From a virus (Duplodnaviria > Heunggongvirae > Uroviricota > Caudoviricetes), in the IMG/VR virus record IMGVR_UViG_3300042549_004104, positions 96,001 to 160,000 of that record: a DNA stretch of 64,000 nt; one strand, 5' to 3'. This document shows positions 19,576 through 34,500 of this stretch, one piece after another. Every line of letters starts with the position of its first letter. The stretch's first letter is position 1. The position numbers and the translations under genes were made by a program. A model generated the notes under the pieces. The model did not search any database. It saw only the letters and a list, made by a program, of their open reading frames with translations, and had not been told where the DNA came from.

Positions 19576-22500
19576 ATGGTAACAAAAGTTAGAACAATTG
19601 ATTTCTTACCGGAAATTTTTAAAACAAAAACTAATAGTCAGTTTTTACAGGCTACGCTGGATCAATTAACACAACAACCAGATTTTAAAAGAATACAAGG
19701 TTATATTGGTAGTAAGTTTGGTTATGGTGTTAATACCACAGACAAATATCTAGAGGAACCAAGTAAATCCCGAACAAATTATCAATTAGAACCTAGTATA
19801 GTTTTTAAAAAAACAGACACTAGTATTGCTAAAGATATATTGACGTATCAAGGATTATTAGACAGTTTAACACTACAAGGTAGTCTGGGTGAGAACATTA
19901 GTGATTCATTACAAAATCAATTTTATTCATGGGATAGTTTTGTTGATTTAGATAAAATAATTAACTATAGCCAATATTATTGGTTACCATTTGGTCCTGA
20001 TTCTGTTATTATTACACAAGACCAATTGTATAAAAATTTAACATATACAGTAACATCGGAGCCATCTCAATATTTCTTTGATACTGAAGAATTTAACATT
20101 GACCAATCTAATCCGCAAATCACTTTGGTGCGTGGAGGTACTTATGTTTTTGCAGTGAATCAAAATTCAAAGTTTTATATACAAACTAATGTTGGAATCA
20201 ACGGAGTAGAAGTAACAAGACCTAATTTTAGTACACGTGAAGTGTATGGAGTTGCCAATAATGGTGCATCAACAGGGTTAGTAACGTTCACAGTTCCTTT
20301 AAGTAACGCACAAGATGAATGGAATTTTCCCGGAAATTTAAATATTGATCTTGTAACAACTCTCAAATATGAAGATGTTCAAGGTAAGATTTTAAATGAT
20401 ATTGGTGGTATCGGAAATTATATAAACAAAACTTTATTATTTTATGGAAATCCTGCAGGGACCTTAGGAGCCAAATATGGTTTCTATGGTAGTGAATATG
20501 ATGTTGATCCGTTTGAATATACAACTTATACAGATGTCACTAAAAATTATTATACCATAAATGTATTAGACAACGGTGTAATTAATTTAGTAGAAGCTGG
20601 ATTACTGCCTGACAATACAAAAATTACTATAAATTTTGGTACTCAATATGTGTATAGAAATTTTGTAAAAAGTAGTTTGGGAGAGATCGTATTAATACCT
20701 TACTTAACTGCTAAATTAGATACATATTATTATCAAGATAGCGAGGACTCTAATAAGTATGGTATTATAAGAATAGTTGATTCCAACACATCTTCAAATA
20801 TAGACATTAATGATATTCTTGGTAAAAAACAATATATTAGTCCTAATAATATAAAATTTACTAACGGATTAAAAGTAGAATTTGCAGGAAACATATATCC
20901 TGAACAATATGCTCAAGGTCAATATTATGTTGAGGGTGTAGGCACTAGTATTCAATTATTACCTGTAACTGATTTTACTATTGTTGAAGATTTTGGTGAG
21001 TCATCAACCGCCCCATTTGATACTTACTCATATGATAGCACAAATTATGCAGACACGTTATTCTATCCAAAAGATCCAGATTATATTACTATAGCTAGAA
21101 ATAGTATTAATAAAAATGCATGGAGTCGCAGTAATCGATGGTTCCACATAGATGTATTGAATACTACTTTACAATATGCAGAATCTACTGAAAATACCTA
21201 TAATGCATTAAACAATTCTGATACACGCGGTAAAAGACCTATTGTAGAATTTTATCCTAATTTAAAATTATATAATTTAGGATCGGTATCTAAACCAAAT
21301 ACTAGTTTTATTGATTTTAGTTCAACTGATGCATTTTCTCAAGTTGCAGGACAAACAAGTTTTTCTCCTAATGGAGAATCTATTGCAATATTTGATGGTG
21401 CTACTATTATCTTTGCGGGTGACACTGATTTAAATATTAGAAATAAAATATTTGTTGTTAGTTTTGAAAGTTTAAGCGGAGTTAGCACCCCTGTAATTAC
21501 ATTAACTCCGATAGAGAACGGAAATATTTTATATAATGACCAAACAGTAATTACTATCGGTGATAATTATCAAGGCGAAACCTTTTGGTTTGATGGAACT
21601 AATTGGATTCAAGGACAATTAAAAACACGTACAAATCAACCTCCGTTGTTTGATGTTTTTGACAAAAATAATATAAGTTACGGAGATAAAGATTTTTATC
21701 CAAGTAGTGATTTTGAGGGATGTACATTATTTGAATATACAATAGGTACAGGAACAGATGATCCAGTATTAAAATTTCCAATCAAATATAGTTCTTTAAA
21801 CAATTTAGGAGATATAAGTTTCACTGTCTCATTAAATACACAAACCTTTAATTATGTGGATGGTAGTTTATCCGTAACTTCTAATATTAATAATGGATAT
21901 GTCTTCGATTATTATGATAGAGTTAATTATAATAGGGCTATTGGATGGCAAACTGCTATTGGGGAAAGTTTTCAATACCAAGTATTCAATACAACCTATA
22001 CTAGCATTCCAATAGAACCTACATTTACATTTGATATTGCAGCCAAAGTGCAAACATCTACTCCGTGGCCTGTATTAACTGTTTACGTAGATAATGTAAG
22101 ATTAGCGCAAACAGAATTTTCTTATATTATAACTGATAATACAACTACTATTACATTAACTACTACTCCCTTTATAGGAACTACAATTGATGTACTCATA
22201 TACAGTGATCAATCAAGTAAAACTGGATATTATGAAATTCCAAGTAATTTGGATCATAATCCATTTAATTCAGAAATAACTACTATTAATTTAGGTGACA
22301 TAAGAGGACATTATAAGAGTATTTGTAATAATAGTCCGAACTTCAGTGGATTAGCATTTGGATCTAATAATTATAGAGATTTAGGTAATGTAATTCCATA
22401 TGGCATGAGAATAGTACAGAACAGTGCTCCACTTGTAGCCGCCGGCGCATTTTTAAGAAATCCTTATGTAAATTTCTTTGACGCACTTAATTTTTCAGGT

Positions 22501-25500
22501 GTTGAATATATAAAATTTAAAGCATTGATTCTACAAACAATTCAAAATAATGATTATAATTCTTTAGATACTAGTGCTTATATTTTAGATGATGTTTTAG
22601 AAAAGATAGGACAATCTAAAATTAATTCTAATCCGTTTTTCTGGAGCGACATGCTACCTAATAAAAACGCTGAAGCTATAAATTCTTATGTGTTTAAGTC
22701 TGACATTTCTACTAGCAATTTTACGCTGTCTAGAATATATGACTTTACTAAAGCTAATTATTATGGTGTTTTGGTATACTTAACCAGACGTGTTAATGGT
22801 ACAATTAGATACATTCAACTTATAAAAGATGTTGACTATATAATTTCTTCAACAGAGGAAAAAATAACTGTTACAAAAGATTTAATCAACAACGATGTTA
22901 TAACCATTAAAGAATATAATCAAACATACGGAAGTTATGTTCCAAACACACCAACTAAAATAGGATTATATCCTGCGTCATTGCCGCAAGTTGTGTATGA
23001 TACTTCATATGTAAAACCTACTTACTTTATAAAAGGGCACGATGGTTCATTTAATAAATTATATGGAAAATATGTTGATGGTTTCTTAACTGATTATAGA
23101 GATAGTGTATTATTAGAGTTTGAAACAAGAATCTATAATAATTTGAAAATAAGTTCAGATATAGCGTTAGAATACGATGATGTTGCACCGGGTTATTTTA
23201 GAGACACTGGAGTATCTTATACTGACTTTTTAAACGTATACCTAACACAATTTTTAAATTGGGTAGGAACTAATAGAATTGATTATCAAGAGCATGACGA
23301 TTATGTCAGTACTAATCCATACACCTTTAATTATGCAGGTTCTACTTTAAAAATCGATAAATCAAAAAACTCCATTGGTAATTGGAGAGGATTGTATAAT
23401 TATTTGTATGACACCGCGACCCCAAATACAACTCCGTGGGAAATATTAGGACTAATAAACAAACCTGATTGGTGGGACACATATTATGGAGAAGCTCCAT
23501 ATACTAGTGATAATACTTTTATGTGGGATGATATTAGTCGGGGTTTTGTATATAACAATGGTAATAGCTATATAAACACAAAAAGAATTAGAGATGGCTT
23601 ATTGAATATTATCCCAGTTGACAGTGACGGAAATTTAAAGAGTCCGTTTGAATTCTTAATTAATTCATACGATGTAAATAATTTTTCTAATATATGGAAA
23701 GCAGGAGATACCGGACCTGCTGAATATAGTTACTTAAAAAGTAGCTCATGGCCATTTGATTTAATGCGTTTATATGCGTTATTCAAACCTGCTAAGTTTT
23801 TTGGTCTTAGTATTGATGTTGATGAATACAAATATAATAATGAGTTTAATCAATACTTATATCAAGATAGATTTAGAGATTCGTTAAGTAATCTTTCAAT
23901 ATACGGCAATGGAACTTCAAAAAATAGCTATATCAATTGGTTAGTAGATTATCTATCTCAATATGGAATAGACGGTCATGCAGATATTCTTACCTTACTT
24001 AAAAATCTAGATGTCCGTTTAAGTTATCGATTAGCTGGATTTACAGATAAGGATTTAATAAAATTTTTCGTAGAAAAGGGAACACCAAACAGTAGTAATA
24101 ATTCTTTGATGATTCCGGACGACAGTTATAGCATTATTTTATATGACAACCCACCAAATGATACTATTCGTTATAGTTCTATAATTATACAAAAAGTAAG
24201 TAATGGATATAGAGTTTTAGGTAATAATCAAAACAGAACATATTTTGTTTCGTTAAGCCCTATACAAGATGGATTATTTCAGACAATATCAGTTAATGAT
24301 GTTACTGTCAGAGTGCCTAAAAATTATAGAGATAGAAAAGTATTGACTCCTTATGGAAGTTTATTTACAAACCAAGAAGATTTGTTTACTTTTATGAGAG
24401 GGTATGGTAAATACCTAGAATCTCAGGGCATGACATTTGATGATATAGAAAACGGAATTGAATTGTCTTGGGATCAAATGCTTGCTGAGACATTGTATTG
24501 GGTAGAAACTGGTTGGGATGTCGGTAGTATTATTAACGTTAATCCCGCATCACGTATTATTAATGTAGATAAAGATAATAATGTCGTACAGCCTTTAACT
24601 TTGACAAAAGAAAACTTTATTTTAAACCAAAACAGCACTCCAATATTATTGTCGGATATGAATATTTTTAGACAAGGTACTACATTCAATGTTAAGGCAT
24701 TAAATGAAGGTGATAGTATGAGTTTCTTTAATTCTAACCTTAGCACAATTGAACATGTGGTGGTGTTTAACAATGAAACTGTCTTTAATGATGTAATATA
24801 TAATTTAATAACTGGATTAAGACAACAACGAATTTATGTAAAAGGTTCTAAATCAGCTGGCTGGGAAGGTTATGTAAATGCAGCAGGATTTATTTTAAAT
24901 CAAGACAACATTGAAGAATGGGTAGAAAATAAAAAATATACTAAAGGAACTATTGTTAAATTTAAAAATGAGTATTACAGTGCAAAAGAAATTATTACAC
25001 TACCAAAAATAAAATTTGATTATAATGATTGGAATAAAACGTCATATGACATGATTCAAAAAGGATTGTTACCAAATCCAAGTACTCGTTCCGCTGAAGC
25101 AACAAAATTCTATGATACAGTAAATCCTAATTTAGCAAACGACGGAGACCTATTAAGTTTCAGTTTAATTGGGTATAGACCAAGACAATATTTTGCAAGT
25201 GCTAATTTTGATGATGCTACTCAAGTTAACTTGTACAAAAACATGATTGGTGTGAAAGGTACAGTTGACAGCGTAACAAAACTTCAAGGTATAAATGTAC
25301 AACAAAATACTTTGAATTATGACATACATGAAAATTGGGCTATAAAATCTAGTGAATTTGGTGGTTTATTAAATCAAAACTTCATTGAATTTACTTTGAA
25401 CGAAGCTGAATTGACAGGTGATCCTAGTATAGTAAGTGTTATTAACAACATCGGGGTTGATGGGGCACAACAACAAATACCATTAAACAAAATTAAAAAT

Positions 25501-28500
25501 TATGGTCGTCCATTAAGCAACACTGATATTTTACCAATATTACCAAGTAATACTGAAGAAAAATTACCAAGCGCCGGATATGTTAATATTGACGATGTAT
25601 TGCAATATGGATATACAGTAAATAATTTACTTGATGCTGAAATTTACAACTTGTATAAAAATGATTATCTCTGGGTAGCAGATAAAGATAATACATGGCA
25701 AGTATACACCCCGTCAAGTTATGGTGCCATTGTAATTAGTATTCTTAATAATTTAAATGGTACTGTCACAGTTATTTTTGATAAACCACATAGTTTATTG
25801 TTAAATCAAGTGTTTGGTATATTAAATTTTGATAGTAGAATTGATGGATACCATTTAATTGAACAAGTTGTCAGTTTAACTAGTTTAGTTATCAGATTGA
25901 CGTTAGACCCGGGCATAATATCTTTAACAGGTAATGGTTTATCTTTCTTATTACAGAGTCAACGTGTTGCCACTGCAAGAGACATTTCGGGATTGCCTTT
26001 ATTAAATGCTGAATATGATACTAATCGTGTTTGGGTAGATCAAAATCAAAATGGTGATTGGACAGTATATGAAAAAACAAATAATTATACTGGCTCAGGT
26101 TTACCTACAGTAGGTTTAAGTGTTGACAATTTTGGAAGTAGTGTAGCATACATTGAAAACGTCGGGTATTTTGTCGGTGATCCTACTAATGGATCAGTGT
26201 ATCATTATGCAAAATCACCCGCTGGAGTTTTCTATCTAAGAAACACAATAACATATCCTGGTAGTGATTTTGGAACTAGTATAATTACTAGTCAGGATCT
26301 AATAATTATTTCTTCACCGGACGTAACACTTAGCCAAATTTATATATATAAAATACCACCTTCTGGTGAAATTAATAGTATTATTTTACAAGAAGTTATT
26401 TCAATAGGTGGAGCCCGTGTTGGTGATAGTATGGCTATATCCGGTGATGGTAACTGGTTATATTTAGGTGCAAAAACAGTAAATATTGTTTTATTATTCC
26501 AACGTATTGGTGTTTTGACATATCAAGCTGCTGGATTAAGTCTTGCAGAAGCTACAGTACTTAATTCAAATAGTTTTGTTTGTGACGGAGACGTTAGAAC
26601 ATTATTAAGTGAAGGACAATTAGTTAATTTCTTAGTATCATATACTTCACAAAGTATGTCATTAGCTCAACCAACTGTAGAGTTAGATACATTTTTTGTA
26701 GTTGAAGGAGATCAACGAAGTAAACTAGCAAATGGTGATAAGATTTCGTTTTATAATACCGGTGCAGTCGGTACGTATTTGTATACAATTGCTACCGAAA
26801 GCTATGATTCAATAGATGATACTACAACATTTTATACTCTTGAAGAATTTGAAGTAGGTGTAATTATACCTCCGGGAACAAATGTTTATAAAGTTAATTT
26901 TAATGATAATTTAACTTTTACAGTTGTTACTGGAACATATGATAATATAACTGATACTACAACATTCTACACATTAGAAAAAATAGAGTATACAGCTTCT
27001 TCTGGATCAAATATCTATATTGGAAATGTTAATTTTGCATTATCAACTTTCTTAGATTCTATATTGGCTAACGTAAATGCAGAATACGGTGGAAGTATAT
27101 CTACAAACTATGATGGTTCAAGATTGTTCATTGGGTCACCAAAAGAAGATTACAGTGAAAGTGTTTTGGATACAGGTGTAGTATATGTTTATGACAGATT
27201 AATTCAAAATTACGAGATACAATATAATCAAACAGATGCGGTTTTACTTATCAGAACTGCATTCAATTTAAACCCACAAACAAGAATTTTACGTAATGGG
27301 GTGTTTTTACCTCCTAATCAATATGTAATTATTTTAAATGCAGTAATTATAGGAGTTATTGGGGTTAAAGCAGGAGATATAATTACGGTTAGTAGTGCAG
27401 ACTTTGTGAATACATTTAGATTGTCTAATATGGATGATCCTAGTGATTTACGTCCTGGAGAACTATTTGGATTTGCATTAGATTGCAACAAATACGGTAG
27501 TGAATTGTTAATTGGATGTCCATATGATGTAAGCAATGATAACACTAAAGAAGGTTCTGTTGTAAGATTTACTGATGAAGGTAAACGATATGGAATTATA
27601 ACCGGTGTTCTAGCTTGTAATATAATACAATCAACATATATTTTATTAAATGGTTATGAAGTTGCATTACGTAACGATACTCCATTATTAGTATCTATTA
27701 CAGGTGGTGTTTCTACTACGGTAACTATTAGCACTACTATGGCAGCTACTTTACCAAGTAATGGAATAATTACGGTACAAAATTCAAGCACCGGAGATTT
27801 TGAATTATTATTTTATAATTCAGTAAACGTATCAACCGGTGTGTTAACTTGTGCTACTGCCGCAGTAAATTCGTACACAGCTAATCAAGCCAACGTAATC
27901 TTACCATTAGGTAATGCAAGCAACGTAGCGGCTAAAATTAATCAAACATTTATCACAAACATATTTGCTTATTCTACCCTAGATGGTAGACTTATAATTA
28001 GACTACGTGACCAATCATTGGGTCAATTAAATAATAAACTAACTATAAGTGTGTTTAATGGTAATTATTTGTATCAAATGGGATTCTTCTTCCCTAAATC
28101 ACAAGTTATTCAAGATCCGCACCCACAAACATCTACGCAATTTGGTTATGCAATTAAACATAATGAAGAAAGTAGTTTTGTTGTTGGCGCTCCTGTAAAC
28201 AGCAGATATGTTGCAACAAAATTTGATTATTCAAATGATAGTAATAATCACAATGATACAGTATTTGATAATAATCTAACAGTGTTTGAAGATAATTATA
28301 CAAATGCAGGTAGTGTTTATATGTATGATTACATAGAGGCTTATGATGAAAGTTTGAATAATATTGGCAATTATATCTATGCACAATCATGTAATGACAC
28401 CACGCTTGAATATGGAGTGCAGCCACAATATGGAAAAGCGTTGTCGTTTAATAACAATGCAGTAATGATCGGTGCACCTAATTTACAAACAACAATAAGT

Positions 28501-31500
28501 CCTGGTGGCAAAGCAATGCTTTGGAAAAATGATTCTGGTGTAAAAAATTGGCATGTTTATCGTGAAGGTGATGACATTGTTGATGTAAGCAAATTACAAA
28601 AAGTACAGCTTTATGATAATACTAATGATAATAATTTAATTTCATTAGACTATATTGATCCTTTACAAGGAAAATTATTAGGTGCGGTGCGTGAAAATAT
28701 TGATTTCATATCAACAACTGACCCTGCGGGCTATAATGCTCCTGGAGTCAACAAAGGAACCAAAGTTTGGACAAAGTCTTTTGTAGGTAAAATCTGGTTT
28801 GACACGACAACTACTAAGTTTTTAAATTATCATCAAGACGATGTAATTTATAATAGCAAATATTTTGGTATGGTATTTCCAGGAAGCGATATTACAGTTT
28901 ATAGTTGGATAGAAAGTAATGTAATACCTGCTTTATATGAAGGTCCCGGAACACCATACGACTTTGCAAAATACTCAACCATATTAGAAACAGATAGTAA
29001 TAATAATTTAATTACTAGATATTTTTATTGGGTTCGTAATACCAACATTATTAATACTGCTCAATATAAAACACTGTCAGATACGATTATTGAAAGATAT
29101 ATTGCTGATCCAATAAGTTCAGGTATAGCATATATGACACCGTTACGTCCTAATACATTTGGATTATACAATTCACAAGAATATATAAATGACACTTCAA
29201 CCAACATGCATGTTGGATTTAGTAGTGGTGGTAATGACACAAAAGGGCATGTTGAATTCCAACTAATACGTAGTAATTATGACACTGATTTCTTACCAGG
29301 ATTCCCGGAACCTGTAAAAGGTTACATTTTACCAACTGGATTATATGATAGATTTATTGATAGTCTAGCTGGAGTAGATGAATCAGGTTTAATAGTGCCC
29401 GATCCAACTTTACCTAAATTATTACAACTTGGAATCAACGTGAGACCAAGACAGGGATTTTTTATCAATAGATTAGAAGCATTACGTAATTACCTTGAAT
29501 ACGCAAATCAAGTCATCGCACAATATCCTATAAATGAGTTTGGTAATATAACTTTCTTATATGAGCAAGGTGATTATTTTGATGTAGCAAATTATTGGGA
29601 AAACATATATTGGTGGGAAACGGGTTATAGTAATAGTACACGCACAGTATTAGATGTAGCATCATATACAGATTTATCAACATTGTCTGTTACTGAAGGA
29701 ACTATCGTAGGGGTAGTAAGCAATGCACAGGGTAACCGTGAAGTATACATTTATACAGACTCAACTTGGAATAGAATTGGTTTACAAAATGGAACAATAC
29801 GATTCCTATCAACATTGTGGAATTACACAACTAACATGATAGGGTTTGGTGACAGTTTCTTTGACAACTCTAGTTATGATTCATATCCTTCAACTGAAAC
29901 TCGTTACATTATTCGTGCATTAAACGAACAAATTTATATTGGACCGTTGTTAACACATAGAAATAAAAGTTTAATTTTAATTTTTGAATATATTCAAAGT
30001 GAAAATATTGAATCACAAAATTATTTACCATGGTTAAATAAAACAAGTTTTGCAGATGTAAGCTACAGTGTTAGAACACTTACTACTAATCAAAAATTTC
30101 AACGTGACAATCAAAGTTTATTAGAAGGTTATATAAATGAGGTCAAACCATATCATGTGGTTATGAAAGAGTTTTATTTAAAATACGACAAAACTGATTT
30201 ATATAATACTGATATAACTGATTATGACTTGCCAAGTTTGTATAATACTAGTGTAAGTAATTTTGTAAGCCCTCAATTAGTTTACAAAGAATTCCCAAAT
30301 AAACCTGCGTATGAATTTAACACCACTAGTTCTGTTTGGGAACTTCCAAATTATGCCCAATGGTTTAATAACTATGGATTAGTAATAGGAACACTTGATA
30401 ATGTTGTCATGGGAGTATTAATTTCATACATAAGTTCAATATCAACAGAAATTTATGTAGACACCGTTGATGGGTTTCCGGTAGCCGGCGTAATAAAAAT
30501 TGATGATGAAATTATGGCATACACATCAGTGAATCGTGTTAATAAACTGTTATTAGGAATTAGTAGAGGTATAAACAATACAACACCAGTAGAACATTTT
30601 ACAAAATCAACTGTTTATATGGATGTTCCGGGTATAAATGTTTTAAATAGTGGTCGTGATTATGATGACATACCAACTGTTACAGCAGTGGTAGATACTA
30701 CTAAATATCCTGCACCAAGAAAAGCTGCATCGTTAGTAAGTATAATGTCAGGTAACAAAGTAGTGGGTGTAAAAGTAACGGATCCGGGAGACGGCTATGT
30801 AGTTACCCCAAACATTGTTTTTGAAGATGCATATTATGTTACTACGACTTTGGACAGAATTAATTTCTTAAATCATACTATACAATTTTTAGATATAACT
30901 TTTTCAACCGGAGAACTTGTTTATTTAGAAGGTGTTAGCTCAAATGGTTATACTATCGTACCTGATGGATTTTACTATATTGGAGTTATTCAAATCGAGA
31001 CTACATTCTCTATAACTCCAAATGGTATTATTGTAAGTCTACACACCAATTATCAAGACTCCATTGACGGACAAAATCATATTATATTTGTAAATGAAAA
31101 TACAGTTCCTGCTGATTATGAACAAAAAATGTCCATAAGAGCAAGAGCTATCCCCTCAATGGTAAATAACAAAATTAGAAGTTTGAAGCCTACATTATGT
31201 TTTGATAGAACTAGTTACGAGTCTAGAATAAAAGAATGGGTTCCCGGGGCATATTATTCAAGTCCTTATATTAGTATTGGAAATGATGCAAGTAATCCAG
31301 ATAAACTTTATATAGGCACACCTTATGATGAAATGTCAGGAACAGTAAGTCCTGCAGGTGGATCTGGAGCAACATTTACAATCTATAACATATTAATGGG
31401 TGGTAACTATGAAGCTGACATTGAATTTGGTGGAACAGGTTATGATGTTAACGATTTAATTACTATTTTAGGAACAGATTTAGGAGGCACAACACCTGCT

Positions 31501-34500
31501 AATGATTGTGTGATAAAAGTTATTGATATTGATTTAGGAGTTATCACAGAAATTGAAATAGATACTTCATCAGGTACTCCTTTAGATGTGCGTTTGGCAA
31601 GTTTACAAGGTGCGGTATTACCAATAGTAAGTGTTACTAGTGATGACGGAAACGCAGTTGCTACTGTAAATTATGGATATAGTGCATTACATCCGGGCCA
31701 AGTTAATGGATCATTAATGTATTTTTACCGAGTTCATTCTGCTTATCCTTATGATGATAGCAGTTCAGGTGGTGCAATTATTGATGTATATTGGCCTAAA
31801 TTTAATCCTAGTGATATTAATAATTTATATTATATTCAAGTGGTAGACCCCGGCTCTATATATACGACCGGAGATACTATTTCTATTCCTGGAGATCCGT
31901 ACTTGGGCGGTGTTACTGGTATTAACGATTGTAAGATTTACATTCAAGCAAACTTAGACGGATCAATATTTTCAACTAATGTAACTGGATTTAGTAACGG
32001 TCAATTTGGTCAATACTATGTTAAGGTAATTAGTAATACTGATTTAGAAATTGAATTAGGAATTTATTATGATCCTAAATTTATAAATCCAGTTGCATAT
32101 AGCAATTTTATATGGACAGATAATTCAACTGATTATGGTTATTTACCAGAGCCGCTAGTTGCTAATTATTCATATGGCTATAACATTAGTTCAATTGTTT
32201 ATTATAGTGGTTACGTTTGGCAATGTATAGATGCTAATAATGACACTGAATTTGATCCTACAAAATGGATAGAATTAAGTAGTGATGACGGGTCATTAAA
32301 TGCATTAGATAGAATTGAAGCATATTATGCTCCTACAATTGACATGCCGGGTAAAGATGCACAGCAACTTGTTAAAGGTATTACTTACCCTAACAATGTA
32401 TATTATGGTAATGCATTTGCCCCGGATGAAGAGTTACCGTTAGATTTTATTGTACGTGATGAGCCATTTTACCCTAGACAATTTAATGCTAAGGCATCAG
32501 TATTTGATGGCACTTATATATACGTAGTTGGAAATAATGAGACAACAACTCTTGTATTGAAGTTTGATAGCGAAGGAACTTTCGTATCAAGTTCATCTAT
32601 TGGAAGTCAAGTCTTTGAAATTACTAGTATGTCGTACTCTTTACTTCCAACAGAAACATATATCATTACAACAACAAATACAACCAATCCATTGTTTACA
32701 AGTTTTGATGGTGCAAATTGGATTGGTATAGGAGAAACCACAGCGTATGATACTACCCAATATGGAGATGGTGGATTTGATAGTTCTAGTATAGATGCCC
32801 CGTATGCATCATTGTACGGTGCTGTAATTGTTAATAATAATTACTTTTTAACAGGTAAGAACATACTAAAAAGCACAGACGCTTTTGCATACAATAGTGT
32901 ATATGACCCCTTTACAAGTTTCCCAACTTATATCAATAACATGATGTATGTCAATTTATCAGCGTTCAATGGATACATAGGAGTTGGTTTAACTTACAGG
33001 CTAACATCGGGCGGAGGCACAGCGTATCCTATATATTCAGAAGTTGGAAAAGTAGTATTAAGTATTGATGACGGTAACACCTGGACTCAATTATTGCCTG
33101 ATTTCTCTAGTTCTAAATTAAATGGTGTTTCTGCTTCTAATACATACATTGTTGTTGTAGGTAATGACGCAAGCGTATGGTATAGTACAAATGCTTCTAA
33201 TTGGACAGAAGGAACAATATCAGGTTCTTCTATAACTACTAACATAAAATCAGTAGCATATGGCGCTGGTAAATTTATAGCAGTTGGTGATAAAACAGGC
33301 ACATCGGCTACTGATCCAGGATTAATCTTGTTATCAACTGATGGAATAACTTGGTCTCAAATTTCTAGTTCTAGCATAACTACAAATAATTTAAATCAAG
33401 TTTACTATGGTAACAATAGATTTTATGTAGTTGGAGAAGAGAATACTTTAATAACATCAAGCGATGGTATCAATTGGTATGAGTTAGGAAAATTAGTAGC
33501 AAATGATCCGTTCTATATTGTGCAAGGTAATGACTTCTTGTACGGCTATGGTCCAGAAGAATTAGTCCCCGGCGTTATAGCTGACAATCTTTCAATGTAT
33601 GTTACTACTGCTCCCGGCGCATATTGGGACTTAAATGTTTCTAATCCATTCTGGTACAAGCACACCGGATTTAATATGCAAGCAGTTGTTAATAATCTTG
33701 ATATAAATTATCAAGTTAGCTTCCGTGACGTAGTATTAAATCCAGCAAGAATGAGTGTATTCTTATTGAACAATTCTACAAATTTAAGCACTAGAATTTA
33801 CGAAGATACTTATGGGCCTGCATTAACTTATAATTATTCTGTTGATTGGTATAATCAAACAATTACTTTCAATAACAGTGCGATTCCGGGCGTATTACCT
33901 GCAGGACATTCATTATTAATTGAATTGTATGAAGTAGGTAATGGCAAAGAAATAGTTCGAGGCAATAGTAGAAACATTCCATTATTGATTGATCCAGTAA
34001 CTGGATATTCAATGTACGTATTCAATACGACATACGAAAGTATTGTAAATGAACCTTTAGTGTATGTGTCTGAAAATGGCGGTTCGTTAACAAAGTTAAC
34101 ACATAACATTGATTATTTTGTAACTAATACAAATGATAATTTTTTAAAGTTACTATTTAATAAGACATATGACCTAAGCACTGACTATATTGTTTATTCA
34201 ATATTAGGTGATAGCAGTACGAGTATTAGTGTAGACCAGTTTGGATACTCTATACCTGAAACACAAATTTTTGTTGCTGAAACCACAAGTGTTTACTTTG
34301 AGTTAGATATGAGCTTAACAAGTTTAGATGGTGACAATGTATTAAATTCTGTTGTAGAAAAGAACGGTAACCGCATAGCATATATAGATGGTGATATAAA
34401 CACTGATTACATTTTTGAAGAAATTGATGATGTTTGGTATTTAAAATTAGAAACCGCACCTACTGTGGGTGATGTTATTGCTGTAACAACATTCTATGAT